DNA of 64,000 bases from Octopus sinensis (Eukaryota): positions 21,638,001-21,702,000 of the forward strand of contig NC_043007.1 of NCBI RefSeq assembly GCF_006345805.1, in the 5' to 3' direction. Of the stretch, positions 1 through 12,250 are shown piece by piece (within the stretch, counting starts at the first letter, position 1; each line of letters opens with the position of its first letter). The notes under the pieces are model-generated. The model searched no databases, was not told where the DNA came from, and worked only from the letters and a program-made list of their open reading frames with translations. The position numbers and the translations under genes are program-made.

Positions 1-2053
1 TTAGTCCTTCTTGCATCATTCATTACTAACTTCCATCACCCTATCTTATTCTTCTCCTGTTGTTCTATTCTATTCAATATCCTTGTCAACAACCAGCATG
101 TAGCTGCCTATCAAAGTCTCTCTACAAGATCATGGTTTCAATTCTTGGGCAAGGGAGTATTTTGTGGTCATTTCACATTGCTCTGCAATCACTTTGACAC
201 CTGATGTGTGGCACACTTGTTTACCTGTACAGGTAATGTCGATTTGATGGTGTGTGTGTGAGCTTAATTCAAAGCACAATTATTTGATCCCTGTAAACAA
301 GTCATCTGTGCAGGGTCGTTCAGCAAGAAGTCGCAGAATCCCCAACCCTCATCTGTCATCTATAACAGAAGAGTCCACCACTACCAACAGATTCAGTGAA
401 TTAAATTAACCCTTTAGCATTTAAACCAGCTGTATCCGACCTCTTTTAAGTTCAAACCAGTCAGATCAGACCTCTCACACCTATCTTACAATGTCATTCT
501 GGAAACTGAACAATCACATTATCAACATCTCAAAGCTATTATATAAAATCCATTCTGTCTGTCTCTGTTTGTGTATGAGGCTTCTAGGATCTCGGGCATC
601 CTCCATCCAATTGCGCTCAAATTTGATATGTAGATACCGACGGTATCAGGGCGTGTATAAGTCTTGAAAAAATTACAAAAATCGATTCCAGGTGAGAATG
701 TGATCGATAAAGCTGTGGGAAATCATTTTTCTTTGGAATAGAAAAAAAGTCTATCTTTATTTCTTCTTTTGCTGGTGTCTCAAATTTAGGTTAAATCAGT
801 GTTTCTCAAAGGGGAAGTCTATGGGACGGTCGGACAAGTTGTTTTGAGAAAATTTGGTTTAAATGCTTGACAACTCAGCACCGTCCATTGGATGGGGGGC
901 GCGTTTTGCTCATGCATGATAAATTTCAAACAAAATGTGAATAAATAACGGTGATGCCCCAGCATGGCCGCAGCTCTGAGCTGAAACTAAAATAAAAAAA
1001 CACTTCTGGTAAATTAATGAGAAAGGGTTAATTATACTGTACTTGGTTGAGTACTTTTCCTCCCATTTGCATATGAGTATGTGCACATGATTTTTAGAAC
1101 CCCGTTTCTTGTGTACTGATATTTCTGCTTTATTCTTTCATCTATCATCTGACTAAGCCCATTTTTGATATCACTTATAATCCGATATCTAATAATCTCC
1201 TCTGATAAAGCACCTGGACATTTTTATTTTTTTGTCTTCATTTAACAAGACACCCCTTAAAAAAAATATGATTTGTGCTTTCTCTTGTCCACCATTTTTT
1301 TTTTCTTTCTTTTCCACATTTAAAAATAACCATTATGACAAATGTCTTTGCTTTGTCTCTCGTTCTTCTAAGTTGATATATAATCAGAGAACTTTGTTAT
1401 TAAATCTGTCATTTGTTTCATCCTTCATCCGTATTATTCTTTATCAACTTTTTTATCTACCTTATCCTTTGTAACCCACATCCCATGTAAAAATCTCTCT
1501 CTCTCTCTTTCGCTACATAACATTCCTGTCAGCAACCGTTGTGTGATAATGTCTACTACAAATGCATTCCCAGTTCATGCCAGCAACAATTCCTGATACC
1601 TTACTAAATTCACTTACTTGCCTTGTATATTATTCTGAATCAGAAATGGCTGGCTGGGCTAGGGTGGCGGGGGTGGTGGTGATGGGGGTGGGGGTGCTAT
1701 TTATCTATATCTTGTCTACTACCAATGTGCTGTAAATAGTGTGTCATTTCGACAGCTGGTAATATTAAAAGTAGCAGGGTTTTATTCTAGTTGGCACAGT
1801 CTGTAGCAGCATCTCATGACACACACAACTGAAATTGAACGGTAGATTAATATAGATATTACACAGATACCGACACACACTCACACATATATATATATAT
1901 AATTCAAAATATATATATATATATTTATACGTTCGTTAAAATATAGTGATTTATAATTGCATTAATTATTTTGTTTGTGTTGAACTGTAATTCGTTATGC
2001 CGACCTTAACAAAACGAACTGTAAGTGAAAGTTTATCTTATCATGTTTCGCAG

Positions 2054-2117
2054 GAAGAGGAAATCATCAAAAACGGAGAATCTCAGTCAATGTCTAATAC
2101 AAATGCCACCTTCACTG
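2054..2117 (+). CDS. Internal coding exon (64 nt) of an unidentified large plus-strand gene; EEEIIKNGESQSMSNTNATFT, ending in phase 1
   Basis: Acceptor tcatgtttcgcag| at 2053 and consensus donor CTG|gtaagt at 2118, in unique non-repeat sequence. A second frame (KRKSSKTENLSQCLIQMPPSL) is also open, so the frame is inferred from the downstream exons. Confidence 0.7.
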
Positions 2118-2339
2118 GTAAGTAATTTTTACATTACTAACTATATCATTGTGACATAGATAATCTTTCTTTTCAGTAATCCTTGTTTTTCTTTTGCTAA
2201 GCCAAATAGCCCTCTTTTAAGCTTTAAAGCATCACATACTGTTTAATATTAACGTAGAATCTGTCATGAATGAAGGAGTATCTACCTGAGGCTGATGCCG
2301 TCTTCGCACGATGAGTCTCGTACCAGCTGTCACATGCAG

Positions 2340-2381
2340 CCGGTTATCGGAAGAATAACGAGTCTGAATCTCATGGCAGTG
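2340..2381 (+). CDS. Candidate symmetric phase 1-1 cassette exon (42 nt), AGYRKNNESESHGS
   Basis: Acceptor catgcag| at 2339 with a weak pyrimidine tract, and strong donor GTG|gtaagt at 2382. Length is divisible by 3 and in phase with exon 2054-2117. It lies in a GC-richer unique island. Confidence 0.45.
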
Positions 2382-3631
2382 GTAAGTGCGATCATAAGCA
2401 TCTCTGGTCTGAGACTGAGCGCTGTGATGGCTCCTCTCTCTCCCATTACTTTGGTCCAGTGCACAAGCAGAGTTGAACTCAAAATTACGTTCCAACACAA
2501 CGCTTGTTGTTTTGGAGTTCTGCTACTCGCAGCTCATTGGACCGGACCGGACTGGCAATTCTTAAACTCCCAAATACCTGTTCCCCCCCCACACACACAC
2601 ACACGTACTAGTGGGATTCTTTGCTCCCTTCCACTGCATCTATTTAAGTCTTCTTTCATTGCAATAGTATTGAAGCAGTTAAAAACGATCTTAATTTTGC
2701 TTAATAATGGTTTTTCTTTCAATTTGAAAATAATGAAAAATGTTGTAAAATAAATTTTGTCATTATTAAGCTGATGTCAGAAAATAAATTAGCGTGGAAT
2801 TTTAATGGGAAATTGTAATTTAAATCACTTCGAATGTTTAGCATTTAAAATGGCCATATCCATCCCAAATATTCTACCTTTTTTATGTTTGAATCATCCA
2901 AATCCAGCCTCTCATACCTATCCTACAATGTCATTTTAAAAATAAGCAATCGTGTCATCCAAATCTCAAAGCTATGAGATAATGCAAAGCTATGAGATTA
3001 ATTAAAAACTGACATTTGATTAAAATAATCTGAATACTACAGGGTTAAAACAGCAAGTCTGTACCCTGGAGCTAAGAGTTGTCTCACATGGGTTGGTATC
3101 GAAAGGGTTAAGCACACCATTTTATCCCCACCATTCATTTTTATCTTCATAAACTTTCTCATTTTGGGACTGGACCAATTAAGAATTAAATGTCCTACTC
3201 ACAAACAAAATGCTCTACTTGTAACGAGCACAATTTCATCTGCTGGACTCTCGTAATCAAATATCCTACTCACTCATTCATCTCTGATCTGAATAATAAA
3301 TTGCAGAGTATATACCATAGATATTGGGCTCCATAAATATAACACGCAGTATCATATAAGTGTGTTGTATACTGTTACATTTCTCTTATACAGTGGTATA
3401 TTGTGTCAGTGTCGCATGATTGTGGTTCTGCCAAAGTATTAAAACTTATTTCAGTGTTTCATATTACATGTCTTTCACTTTCAGATTTTATAATCTGCCT
3501 TGAAATATATATATATATATATATTAATTTTTGCTGAATCAAGTATTGCCTGCAAAATTAATTATTTAATTATTATATACAATGAAATTGAAAGAAGACT
3601 GTCATTTGAGAAATGCATGTTTTATATTGTT

Positions 3632-3677
<46 letters not shown>

Positions 3678-3830
3678 TGAGAAAGTTGGTCTGTGAAGCA
3701 CGTGGTTGAATATATAGAAAATAGTAAAAAGTGAAAAAACTACAGAAGGCTTGTTTTAAAAGGTTAAAAAATATATTTGAGTCATTATGTCAGAAGAATG
3801 TTATAAAATTTTTTCATACAGTGACATAGT

Positions 3831-3878
3831 TTTTGAAGAAATTACCGGTTTCGTGTTAACTTTTCAAATTTCTCAAAA
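3831..3878 (-). ncRNA. Minimal type I hammerhead ribozyme motif with U3-A8 core variant, in a Penelope-like fragment (~3675-3880) flanked by (TA)n
   Basis: Minus strand reads UUUUGAGAAAU-UUGAAAA-GU(UAAC)AC-GAAA-C(CG)G-UA-AUUUCUUCAAAA. Stem I has 11 bp with one bulge, stem II has 2 bp, stem III is the palindrome ACCGGU, and the cleavage triplet is GUA. Confidence 0.6.
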
Positions 3879-4518
3879 CCTATATATATTATATATATAT
3901 ATATATATGTTTATTTCTGTGGTTTGATTCTGACTATTTGAGTTTTTTAACCCTTTCGATACCAACTCTGTCTGAGATTGTCCCTGGTTCTATTATACAA
4001 ATTTCCTGTTTTAACCCTTGTGGTACCAACCCTTCCTTTCCTTCTTTGTAGCCCCTTATGCTACAATGGTCTCATGCCTTGTTTGGGACAAAATTGTATA
4101 TAAAAAAAAATTAGTTTTTAATTCAGTAGTTTTGTTTAGCCCTAGTCAGCATCAGTTAAACAGACCATTGATCAGAAAGATTCAAGTCATGTGGTACCAA
4201 CCCTAACCCTAAAACTGGCCCTGGTTTTGTGATGCAAATTCCTGCTTTGAATTTATCTAAATAAGAATCTTCCTTAAAAATCGCATATTAATTAATGTTC
4301 CAAACTCTAGCTTAACAATGAAGAAGTCTTTTTAATAAATTCTTCATTAATTTCAAAATTTAATTGAAGCAAAGGTTGTCCATTTCTACAGAAGTATAGT
4401 AACAAAAGAATTAAAGTGATGTCACTTAGAAATTTTCTTCAAACTTTCATGCTACTTTGTGTTCCAAACACCAGCTTAATAATCACAAAGTTTTTTACTA
4501 AATTCTTCAATATATATA

Positions 4519-4683
4519 GGTGCAGGAGTGGCTGTGTGGTAAGTAGCTTGTTTACCGACCACATGGTTCTGGGTTCGGTCCCACTGCGTGGCACCTTGGG
4601 CAAGTGTTTTCTGCTACAGCCTCAGGCCGACCAATGCCTTGTGAGTGGATTTGGTAGACGGAAACTGAAAGAAGCCTGTCGTA

Positions 4684-4732
<49 letters not shown>

Positions 4733-4928
4733 TTGTCCCCCTAGCATTGCTTGACAACTGATGCTGGTGTATTTACGTCCCCGTCACTTAGCGGTTCGGC
4801 AAAAGAGACCGATAGAATAAGTACTGGGCTTACAAAAGAATAAGTCCCAGGGTCGATTTGCTTGATTAAAGGCGGTGCTCCAGCATGGCCGCAGTCAAAT
4901 GACTGAAACGAGTAAAAGAGTAAAAGAA
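4519..4928 (+). mobile_element. tRNA-derived SINE family A (CORE-like), full length
   Basis: A-box tggctgtgtggt, B-box ggttcggtcc, CORE-like accttgggcaagt, internal (TA)n(TG)n and tail gactgaaac...(gtaaaaga)n. At least 15 copies or fragments occur in the window. Confidence 0.85.
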
Positions 4929-5669
4929 TATTTCAAAAAACAAAAAAAATACTAAAATAAAGGCAAGGTATCTCAGTAGAAATATGGTAATGAAATAAAT
5001 GCATTTTCTTGAAATTTCCTGATTAGAAAAAAAAAGAAGGAAAGAAAATGAAGGAAGAGAGATGGTGTTTAATAATTCATTTCTGTCTAATAAGGTCTAA
5101 TGTGATGTAAAAACGGTTGATCAGGTTATCTCAGGGTTCTCCTTTGAAATATTAGTCTTACTAATTCTTGTCCCTAAATGGGTCGTCTGACGCCTGCTAT
5201 TTACATACTGACTATGGACTCACAACGACAGATTAAATGCATGTGTTCTGCTTACTCGCAAGCAACACGACTAATTACTCATAAACTGAGTGTAGTAAAA
5301 ACCGAACTGTTTGTGGTATGGTATCTGGTGTTACCACAGTAAAGTTATTGTATTGTAACATTACAAGTCAAGTTCACCGAGGGTGTTGAATTACAAGCTT
5401 GTAAGTCTTGATTTCAAATACAACTTGAAGCAGTATGTTGTTATTTCAAAGCGCGGCGAGCACGGTGTAGGGGTTTCCAAAGCTTCTATGTCCTCATCTC
5501 TTTATCTTCCTTTCCTTAACCCTTTAGCATTTAAACAAGCCATATCCAGTGCAAATATTCTATCTATTTTCCATTCAAACTGGCCAGATCTCACATCTCA
5601 CACTTACCCTACAATGTCACTAAAAATAAACAATTGCATCATCAAAATCTCAAAGCTAAAAATATTCTA

Positions 5670-6038
5670 TTTTTTACTTGTTTCAGTCATTTGACTGTAG
5701 CCATGCTGGAGCACTGCCTTTTAATCAAGCAAATCAATTCCAGGACTTATTCTTTGTAAGCCTAGTACTTATTCTATCGGTCCCTTTTGCCGAACCAGTA
5801 AGTTACACCAGCATCGGTTGTCAAGCGATGTTGGGGGGGACAAACACACACACATATATATATACATATATACGACGAGCTTCTTTCAGTTTCCGTCTAC
5901 CAAATCCACTCACAAATCTTTGGTCAGGTCGAGGCTATAGTAGAAGACACTTGCCCCAAGGTGCCACGCAGTAGGACTGAACCCGGAACCATGTGGTTGG
6001 TAAGCAAGCTACTTACCACACAGCCATTCCTGCGCCTA
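5670..6038 (-). mobile_element. SINE family A, inverted relative to 4519-4928, inserted in a family-2 MITE
   Basis: Reverse complement of family A, with MITE sequence on both sides. Confidence 0.85.
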
Positions 6039-6497
6039 TGACAATGTATGATTGATTCAAAACAATGTGAATAACCAAGTCTTACACTTGGCAATAATCT
6101 AAATACCAAAGGATTAATGTATGAAATCTGAATGTTAAAGGGTTAAAATGCAAATATTGAATAATAATTTATGTTTTTTAACCCTTCTAATAAACCTTCC
6201 TGAAATTGCTCCTAGTTTTATGATGCAAAAAAATCATATGTTTTAAAAGGGTTCATATTTAAATTAAAATCTTCTCTTATAATTTTATGATAATGTCACA
6301 TTGGTTAAGTTGTTAAAAATGTAAGATTGTTAGAGCAGAGGTCACTCTCAGTGTCCATTCTGTGACAAGCATTCAGACTAGGCTTCTGGTTCGAGGATAC
6401 CTTCCTTCCTTCATTCTACCTGCTTTTAGTGGCCCTGTAAAAGGTCATGGACACTACCTTTCTTTCTGGCTAAAAAGTTTAAAAGCTTTTGCTAACC

Positions 6498-7020
6498 ATC
6501 ATCATCGTCATCGTTTAATGTCCGCTTTCCATGATAGCATGGGTTGGACAATTTGACTGAGGACTGGCGAACCAGATGGCTGCACCAGGCTCCAATCTTG
6601 ATCTTGCAGAGCTTCTATAGTTAGAGGCCCTTCCTAACACCAACCACTTTGAGAGTGTAGTGGGTGTTTTTACGTGCCACCGGCACGGGGTACTGGCATC
6701 GACCTCGCTTAAATGTCTTTTCACGTGTCACCAGCACAAGTGCCAGTAAGGCGATGCTGGTAACAATCACGCTTGAACGGTGCCTTTTACATGTCACCGG
6801 CATGGAGGCCAGTTAGCCGCTCTGGCAACGATCATGCTCGGATGGTACTCTTAGTGCCCCACTGGCACGGGGCACAAGTGCCAGTAAGACGACGCTGGTA
6901 ATGATCACGCTTGAATGGTGCCTTTTACGTGTCACCGGCACAGAAGCCACTTAGCCGCTCTGTCAACAATCACACTCAGATGGGGCTCTTAGCGCCCCAC
7001 TAGCATGGATGCCAGTCATC
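6498..7020 (-). mobile_element. RTE 3'-UTR-derived repeat with diverged internal tandem units
   Basis: catcatcgtttaatgtccgctttccatg tail, matching the 3' part of 39425-40035. Other copies lie at ~19030-19365, 26183-26510, 48420-48695 and 56195-56420. Confidence 0.75.
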
Positions 7021-7940
7021 AAATTTAATTTCGATATAGCTTATTTATTCGCGTTGTTTTGGATTAATCATACGTTATCTCGTAAGGTTTGAGATTTCAA
7101 TTATTCATTTGTTTACTTTTTGAATGACATTGCAGGGTAATTGTGAGGAGCATGATGGGGTCAGTTTGAACACAAAACAGTAGAACATCTGGGCCTGACA
7201 TGGCTGGTTTGAATGACTTGTTATTGCTTTATGTTGTAAAGAAAAATCACACTTTTGGATAATAGTTGACAAGATAAAAAGCACTGGAAATAAGCTTTTA
7301 TGCCAGAAGGAGGGAAGATTTTAAATTGCTTAAGAAGCACGTGTCTCGAGGTTCCATTTCACAGCCACATGTTGCCAGACTAGACATTTAAACCCATTTT
7401 CTCAATGCGTCTCTTGAAAGACGTTCTATCTCTGTCTTGCATGTAGAACTGTTGTAGTTTCAATGTATCCAGCTGTTACTGGATCCTGGTAGGTGTTGGT
7501 TAGCTGAAATTTCAGTTGCTGAAGAATGAAGAAGTCATTTCTTCCACATTCCAATGAAATCATCAGATGGTAATGTTCTCAGCAGAATGTTAGTGAGCAG
7601 AGCAGGTAGGAAAGAGAGAAAAAAAAACACAGACACACACACCTTAGAATACAACGCAGTAATAACAGCGTAATGGAAAGTGATAAATATTAAAAAGATT
7701 TACAACGCTGAAGTATAATCCACTTCTTATAAGCGAGTGAAATAGCTACCACTACAACAAACCATCAAGCATTACACAATATTTGCGTGTGTGTGAGTCA
7801 TGTTGCTTAATTAAAATCTTTCCTTAATTCATTATGGCTTTTCTCAAATTAATAAAAAGATTATGTTTCAATCTGAAGACTTAGACACCCTGTACTAATT
7901 TGATTTCCTTTCACTGGTCTGTCTTTTCTCCATACTTTAA

Positions 7941-8161
7941 CCCTTTCGTTACGAACCCGGCTGAAACCGGCCTTGGCTCTGAATACAAATGTCTTGTTTT
8001 CATAAGTTTTGAATTAAAATCTTCCACCAAACCTTAGTCACAATTTATGTTCCTAACACTAGCTGAATGATAACTAAGTTATTTTTACTAAATTCTTTGT
8101 TATATTTAAAATAATTGAAAGAAACACAGAGCATCTCAAAATAAATACAGTAACGAAAGGG
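7941..8161 (+). mobile_element. Non-autonomous piggyBac-type MITE, family 1 monomer
   Basis: TIR ccctttcgttac/gtaacgaaaggg with TTAA on both sides. Related copies lie at 41276-41496, ~35669-36074 (interrupted) and ~3950-4415 (degenerate). Confidence 0.85.
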
Positions 8162-8797
8162 TTAATGATAACTGATTGATAGTAATTTGAAAGATATAAG
8201 CTACTGGGTCCTCGGCGAACCATGTCCAGAATTTCACAATAGAATAACCATCATATATCATTTCCTCATTTCCACCTCAATAATTAAAAAAAATTACTAA
8301 TTCAATCTTTAAATATGTTAGAGGTAGTTTAACGAATGCCATATAATAGCTTTAATAATGCTAAGATTGTTTCTTTCAGTGGACAGTTTTCGTTATAATC
8401 AATACGAGATTGTTAATATCTTTAGGAAAGACATGTTATTAATCCACCCCCTTCTCTTTCTCTCAATTTGATCTTTTTCTACCTGTCTAAAAATCATTAT
8501 TATCAATACAACCATAATTTCGTCATTACTCTTTAAATAAATTTATTGACTTTGTAATTTAGTTCATAATATTTTATTGATTTTTTTTTCCCAATTAGAA
8601 TCAAAATATTAAAATATGAAAGCTTACATGGCCATAAAAAAAATAAATCTCTCCACCCGCCCTCTCAATATTCTCTGGTTTATTCTAAAGAATTGTAATA
8701 CGCATTTTTACAGTTACTCTACTCTATGGTGTGGTAAAAGTACAAGTAAAAATAAACTAATAAAAATAGCTGTGAGATGATGTTAGGAACAATCTGC

Positions 8798-9325
8798 AGG
8801 CGTGGGTGTTTGGTTAAGAAGCTTGCTTTGCAACCTTGTAGTTTTGGCTTCAGTCCTACTTCACAGCACCTTGAGCAAGTATCTTCTACAACAGCCCTGG
8901 GCCTCAATAATTGTCATGAGGGAATTTGGTAGATGGAAACTGTGTGGAGCCCTGAAACCCAGTAATTGTCATGAAGGAATTTGGGAGATGGAAACTGTGT
9001 GGAAGCCCTGAAACCCAGTAATTGTCATGAATGAATTTTGTAGATGGAAACTGTGTGGAGCCCTGAAACCCAGTAATTGTCATGAAGGAATTTGGTAGAT
9101 GGAAACTGTGTGGAATTCCATCATGTCTGTGTGTCTGTCTTTGTGTTTGGGTCTCACCATCTCTACTTGACAACTGGCGTTGATTTGCTTGTGTCCTTGT
9201 GACTTAGCGGTCTAGAAAAGGAGACCAATACCTGGGGTTGATTTGTTTGACTAAACCCTTCAAGGTAGTGCCCCAGCATGGCCACAATCCAATGACTGAA
9301 ACAAGTAAGACAAAATAAATAAAGA
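8798..9325 (+). mobile_element. Diverged SINE family A with an internal 55-bp tandem repeat (4 copies, ~8908-9115)
   Basis: ttgtcatga recurs at 8911, 8966, 9022 and 9077. Confidence 0.8.
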
Positions 9326-9512
9326 TAAGACAGCTCAAAGATAATGATTATTATTATTACTTTTATTTTAGTTTTTTATAGCATTTATAGAATAGTACTT
9401 TAACCCTTTAGTGTTTAAACCAGCCATCACCATCATCATCATTTAACGTCAGTTGTCCAAGAACTGCACCAGACTCCAGTCTGATCTGGCACAGTTTCTA
9501 TGGCTGGGTACC

Positions 9513-9892
9513 CTTTATTCTCTAGAAAAACGCCGCCGCCGTGGTGATCTCATTCTTGCTCACAACATCATAAGCAGAAAGTGTAACCTCTCGAAAGAGC
9601 TGTTCTTCACTCCTGCTCCAGAGCGTCGGCTGTGGGGTCACTCCGAAAAGCTCTATCTGCGACGATTTCATCTCAATCGAAGGAGAGGGGCTTTCTCCGT
9701 CCAGGTTGCGGATCCGTGGAATAAGCTGCCGGACGAGATAGTGAAGATGCCGACGACCGCTCGGTTCAAAGTCTCTCTTGACCAGAAATGGCCTGAACTC
9801 TTTGCATGAACACCCTCCCTGTACATAACTCCATGTCCCCCTACATGGCCTTGCTTTTTGCTTTTTGAGCCAAAAACTTAACTTAGCTTAAC
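9513..9892 (+). mobile_element. CR1-clade LINE 3' fragment (ORF2 C-terminus plus tail)
   Basis: YSLEKRRRRGDLI...LWGHSEKL...FSVQVADPWNKLP matches the CR1 ORF2 C-terminal signature. Stop at 9809, then an (aactt)n-like tail. Confidence 0.85.
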
Positions 9893-10334
9893 ACCAACCA
9901 CTTTACTGAGTATGTCAGGTGCTTTTATGTGGCACTGGCATGAATGTCTCTCACATGACACCGGCACGGGTGCTTAGTACATGACACTGGCATAGGATTC
10001 TTGCAGGCCAATCCTATTCCTGGCGGGGGGCAGCCTTAACAGTTCTGCTGTGGAGCACGGGTGTTCTTGAGTACAGCAAGGCAACAGATATCGTGGTCCT
10101 TTGCCATCTTGTCTAAAAATTTCAACATCCTAGCCCCAAATATTCTCCCCATTCTATGTTCACACCAGCCATATCCAACCTCTCATACCTAACCTGCAAT
10201 GTCATTCTAAAAATAAACAATCACATTATCATCATTTAGTGTGCATCTTCCATACTGGCAAAGGATGGATGGTTTGACAGGAGCTTGTAAAACTGGGAGC
10301 TGCACCGGGCCCCATGGTCTGTTTTGGTTTGGTT

Positions 10335-10752
10335 TCTTATTTCTTTATTGCCCACAAAGGGCTAAACATGGAAGGGACAAACAAGGACAGACAAACAGAT
10401 TAAGTCGATTATATCGACCCCAGTGCGTAACTGGTACTTAATTTATCGACCCCGAAAGGATGAAAGACAAAGTTGACTTTGGTGGAATTTGAACTCAAAA
10501 CGTAGCGGCAGACAAAATACCTATTTCTTTACTACCCACTAGGGGCTAAACACAGAAGGGACAAACAAGGACAGACAAACGGATTAAGTCGATTATGTCG
10601 ACTTCAGTGCATAACTGGTACTTATTTAATTGACCCCGAAAGGATGAGAGGCAAAGTCGACCTCGGCAGAATTTGAACTCAGAATGTAACAGCTGACGAA
10701 TAACAGCTAAGCATTTCACCTGGTGTGCTAACCATTCTGCCAGCTGGCCACC
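10335..10752 (-). mobile_element. SINE family B, dimeric form
   Basis: Two head-to-tail units joined at gacaaaatacctatttctttact. Confidence 0.8.
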
Positions 10753-11198
10753 TTTTGGTTTGGTTTCTACAGCTTGATACCCTTCCTAATGCCAACCACT
10801 TTACAGAGTGTACTGGGTGCTTTTTATATGGCACCAACACCAGTGCTTTTAACATGGCACCAGCACGAAATCTCGAAGCCTTGGAGTAATGCACATTTAA
10901 TTCGAAACAGTGTGAATAAATAAGAATTACACTTGACAGAGGAACTTGTACGCCAAAAGGTTAAACTCACTTTTGCTGAATAATCAATTAAAAAGCTATT
11001 TTTCGACTTCATGTACGTTGGGCAGCAATTTGCTTTAGAGTCATTTTCTAGCTGTTATCACGATTGTCTTTTCTCCTCAGAACACTTGGCCCTCTCCCTG
11101 TGAAAACCATCACACTGTTGTCAATCTACCTACCCATTCTTTCATATATTTCTCTCCTCAAAGAATGCACCACATATTTTCTTAAACATTCCTTTATA

Positions 11199-11229
<31 letters not shown>

Positions 11230-11854
11230 TTTTTCTATTTAGTTTTATTTTTTATATTGTTAAACATTCCTTTGGTACCTGTATATTCCCTACTCACCTG
11301 CAGCAAAAATTTAGCAAATTATTTACAGAAATAGGTGCAGCCATGGCTATGTAGTTAACAAACTCACTTTGCGACCATGTGGTTTCAGGTTCAGTCCCTC
11401 TGTGCAGCACCTTGGGCAAGTGTCTTCTCTCGCAGCAGCCTCTACCTCCCAGCTGATCAATGCCTTGTAAGTGAATTTGGTTGATGAAAACTGTGTGGAA
11501 GCCCATCATGTATATTTGTATTTGTCACACACACACATACCACTTGACAACCAGTGTTAGTTTGTTTACATCCTGGTAACTTAGCAATTTGACAAAAGAG
11601 TCTGATAGAATAAGTAATTGGACTTCAAACAAAAGCCAGTACTGGAGCCAATCTGTTCTACAAAAACCCTTCAAGTTGGTGCCCCAGCATGGCTGTAGTC
11701 CAATGAATGAAACAAGTGAAAGGATATGATATAAAATAAACATGTAATATAATAAATCAGCTTTTGTCCATTTCTGTGCTTTTGGTAATCCTCTCTAATC
11801 ATGTCTGAAAAATTATTTAGTTTTTCTCTCATTTTGACTAAATGAACAGTATCA

Positions 11855-12250
11855 GTGGGTGTGTGGTAAATAGCTTGCCTACCAACCACATGATTCCAGG
11901 TTCAGTCCCACTGCATGGCACCTTGCACAACTGTCTTCTACTATAGCCTCAGGCCGACCAAAGCCTTGTGAGTGGATTTAGTAGACAGAAACTGAAAGAA
12001 GCCCGTTGTATGTATGTATATATATATGTGTGTGTGTGTGTATGTTTGTGTGTCTGTGTTTGTACCCCCCACCATCGCTTGACAACCGATGCTGGTGTAT
12101 TTACATTCCCATAACTTAGCAGTTCAGCAAAGGATATCGATAGAATAATTATTAGGCTTACAAAGAATAAGTCCTGGGGTCGATTTACTCGACTAAAAGC
12201 AGTGCTCCAGCATGGCTGCAGTCAAATGACTGAAACAAGTAAAAGAGTAC
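11855..12250 (+). mobile_element. SINE family A
   Basis: Matches 4519-4928 along its length. A more diverged copy lies at ~11333-11720. Confidence 0.85.

Noticed and set aside
2261-2379. C/D-box snoRNA-like layout (ATGAATGA, CTGA, CGATGA, CTGA, terminal stem)
   Set aside because: The C box is non-canonical and buried in the stem, I could not identify an rRNA or snRNA target, and it overlaps a candidate exon.
2270-2476. ORF with an in-frame TGA at 2312 (readthrough, selenocysteine or A-to-I recoding)
   Set aside because: It is more simply explained by a splice acceptor at 2339, downstream of the TGA. No SECIS or homology evidence is visible.
4519-4590. tRNA-like sequences at SINE heads
   Set aside because: A and B boxes are present, but there is no complete cloverleaf and each continues into SINE body.
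7514-7569. Possible exon tttcag|TTGCTG...CAGATG|gtaatg
   Set aside because: It has stop codons in all three frames and a weak pyrimidine tract.
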